A DNA stretch of 64,000 nucleotides, taken from NCBI GenBank assembly GCA_963724765.1, contig CAVRVY010000003.1, positions 672,001 through 736,000 of the forward strand. The letters run 5' to 3'. This DNA comes from an uncultured delta proteobacterium (lineage in GTDB: Bacteria > Desulfobacterota > Binatia > Binatales > Binataceae). The notes below the pieces were generated by a model. That model did no database searches. It had not been told where the DNA came from and saw only the letters and a program-made list of their open reading frames with translations. A program made the position numbers and the translations under genes. This document shows, piece after piece, positions 61,820-64,000 of the stretch. Each line of letters opens with the position of its first letter. The first letter of the stretch is position 1.

Positions 61820-63973
61820 GTGGCCACGATACGAGTCTCGATCATCAACGAGAGCACATCGATCGCAGCGGCCGAAGTACAAGCGGCGGCCGCGGCCTTG
61901 CAGCGTCAGGTGAGCGAACATTTCGCGCCCTCATGGGGCGTCGATGCAGCGCTGAGTCTCGTTGCGCCGGGACCCAAGCCGCTTCCCGGCAGTTGGTGGC
62001 TGGTCATCCTGGACGATTCCGACCAGGCCGGCGCGCTCGGCTATCATGACCTCACCGACGAGGCAATGCCGCTCGGTAAGGTCTTCGTCAAAACCGCGCA
62101 GGCCGCCGGAGTCAAATGGACCATCACCGCGAGCCACGAACTGCTCGAGTTGCTGGCGGACCCGGCGATCAACCTCACCGTGTGCGCGACCGAGAACAAC
62201 AGTCTCGTTCTCTATGCGTATGAAATCTGCGACCCCTGCCAGGCCGACGAGTTCGGTTACGCGATCGACGGCGTGGCCGTGTCCGATTTCCTGTTCCCGT
62301 CGTGGTTCGAGACCTTCCATCGCAGCGGCGCGGTCCCGCTCGACTACTGCGGGCGTATCAGCGAGCCGTTCGCGCTCCTGCCCGGCGGCTACGCCAACGT
62401 GCTCGACACCGGCAATCCCGCGGGTGCGTGGACGGAGAAGACGGGTCCCGCGGCGATGATCGCGGGAGCGCGTTTTGCCCAACAACCGTCGGTGCCAGGC
62501 TCGCGGCGCGAGCGGCGCCGGCGCGGCGCGGCGGTCTGGATGCCGAGCCGGCTGACGAAGGCGCCCGCATCGCCGGCCATGGCGGCGGCCGCAGCAGCAC
62601 CTGCGATGGCGGCGGCGCCGGCGTGGCCACCGCCGCTCAAGATGCCGCGGCTGCTGCGGATCGCCGATGCGGCGGGCAGATCGCTGTTACATCTGGAAGC
62701 TCCAAACGCCGCGACCAAATCCGTACCGGACGAAATCAGCCGGGTGTTGGATAAACTACAGGTCGCCAACGCGGCAGGGATCGCTCCACCGCGTGCCCAG
62801 TCGGTGATCACCGCGCTCAAAGCGGCGCGCGATCAGACCGCGGTGAGCAAACCCACCGACCAGCTCAAGGGCTCGCAGCCGCACGAACTGCAGTTATCGT
62901 TGCTGGCGGCGGCCATGAGTTCCGAAGCAATGATGACTTCCGGAGCGCCGCCGATACGGCCGCTAAGCGCTCTGGACACGACCGATTTTTACCAGTACGG
63001 AAATTTCGATCCGGGATGGCTCGCGACATTCTTCCATCTGCTGGACTCACGGCCTGCGCCGTTCCCGACCCACACCGCGCGCAACATCAGTCCCATCGTG
63101 CGGATCGAAAACGGCGTCACGATTGCGCTCACTGGCGACTGGGGCACCGGCGACGCTTCCTCGCGCAGCATCGCGCAACGCATCGCCGACCTGAAGCCCG
63201 ACCATACGATCCACCTCGGCGACATCTACTATGCCGGCGCCGAAAACGAAGTGCGCAGCAAGTTCCTTGCGTTGTGGCCCACCGGCATCAGCGCGAGCGC
63301 GCCGTCGTTCGCGCTCAATGGCAATCACGAGATGTACTCGGGCGGACTCGGCTACTTCCAGATCGCCCTGACCGACCCCAGGTTCAAGGCGCAGCAGGGG
63401 CTGAGCTACTTTTCGCTACAGAACGACCATTGGACAATAATCGCGGTCGATACCGCCTACTACGCGCGCAACTTCTACCTCAACGGCTACATCGATACCG
63501 ACGTTCAGCTCGCGTGGATGGCGACGCTCACGCGCGCCGCGCGTCAGGCCGGCCGGCGCGTCATCCTGCTCACCCATCACGCCGGCGTCGACGTCGAACC
63601 GGCGGGCGCCGCAGTAACCGTGACCGTCGCGGATATATGGCACCAAGTACTGCACGCGATGGACGGCGGCCCCGACTACTGGTACTGGGGCCACGTCCAC
63701 GCGGGCTATGCGCTGGCGCCGTTTCCGGTTGCGGGCGGGCGCAGCCTGATGGCGCGATGCGTCGGGCACTGCGGCGTGCCGTGGTTGCCGTTCAATGCGG
63801 AGAGCGGGCTTGGAGGCAATGGCTTCACGCTCGAGTGGGCAGAGAACCGCAAGGCCAACAACGTCGACGAACCGGCGCGCGCGCTCAACGGTTTCCTGGT
63901 GCTGCGCCTCAACGGCAATCAGATCGCCGAGGAGTTCCGCGACGAAAACGGCAACCTGCGATGGCGTCGCTAG
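61820..63973 (+). CDS. Fusion of a putative Zn-peptidase-like N-domain and a calcineurin-like metallophosphoesterase
   Basis: N-terminal ALGYH, SHELLELLADP, EICDPC; C-terminal GDWG, HLGDIYY, GNHEM, THH, GHVH. Confidence 0.75.
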   Translation: MATIRVSIINESTSIAAAEVQAAAAALQRQVSEHFAPSWGVDAALSLVAPGPKPLPGSWWLVILDDSDQAGALGYHDLTDEAMPLGKVFVKTAQAAGVKWTITASHELLELLADPAINLTVCATENNSLVLYAYEICDPCQADEFGYAIDGVAVSDFLFPSWFETFHRSGAVPLDYCGRISEPFALLPGGYANVLDTGNPAGAWTEKTGPAAMIAGARFAQQPSVPGSRRERRRRGAAVWMPSRLTKAPASPAMAAAAAAPAMAAAPAWPPPLKMPRLLRIADAAGRSLLHLEAPNAATKSVPDEISRVLDKLQVANAAGIAPPRAQSVITALKAARDQTAVSKPTDQLKGSQPHELQLSLLAAAMSSEAMMTSGAPPIRPLSALDTTDFYQYGNFDPGWLATFFHLLDSRPAPFPTHTARNISPIVRIENGVTIALTGDWGTGDASSRSIAQRIADLKPDHTIHLGDIYYAGAENEVRSKFLALWPTGISASAPSFALNGNHEMYSGGLGYFQIALTDPRFKAQQGLSYFSLQNDHWTIIAVDTAYYARNFYLNGYIDTDVQLAWMATLTRAARQAGRRVILLTHHAGVDVEPAGAAVTVTVADIWHQVLHAMDGGPDYWYWGHVHAGYALAPFPVAGGRSLMARCVGHCGVPWLPFNAESGLGGNGFTLEWAENRKANNVDEPARALNGFLVLRLNGNQIAEEFRDENGNLRWRR

Positions 63974-64000
63974 CCCGGAGTTGTAAATCGGCTTACAGAG

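Overview
GC-rich bacterial chromosome window. The gene content (DUF1329, luciferase-like monooxygenase, Crp paralogs, oxalate genes) suggests a soil lineage such as Ca. Binatota; this is inference only. There are four zones. (1) 1-14.7 kb is a decaying accessory region: intact SDR, FUSC, beta-carbonic anhydrase, aldo/keto reductase and EmrAB-type efflux genes lie among gene fragments, and an IS5 splits a SnoaL-like gene. (2) 14778-34505 is a ~19.7 kb integrated element resembling a phage satellite, bounded by a 17-bp att direct repeat derived from tRNA-Thr. Its att core lies inside the 3' end of the tyrosine integrase gene. It has arm-type repeats, an XRE regulator with a twin-operator promoter, excisionase-like HTHs, an AAA replication ATPase followed by an iteron-like origin, a DUF5681/TerS-like gene, a frameshifted tape-measure-like gene, a HigBA-type toxin-antitoxin pair, a membrane-anchored Mrr-like nuclease, SprT-like and GH108-like genes and an IS630. 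No capsid, portal or large terminase is recognisable. A second tRNA-Thr(CGT) 3' fragment follows immediately. (3) 35-46.6 kb is a stress/desiccation-type cluster: ligD, truncated Ku, glgX, DUF3309, Crp, a general stress protein and an AI-2E/B12-binding fusion. (4) 46.8-64 kb holds mostly intact genes: an Rrf2-linked organosulfur-type cluster, M20 peptidase, oxc-like/frc, PaiB, a kinase with an ethylene-receptor-like sensor domain, DUF2318, an FAA hydrolase and a peptidase-like/metallophosphoesterase fusion. All family calls are by motif recognition; no database searches were run.
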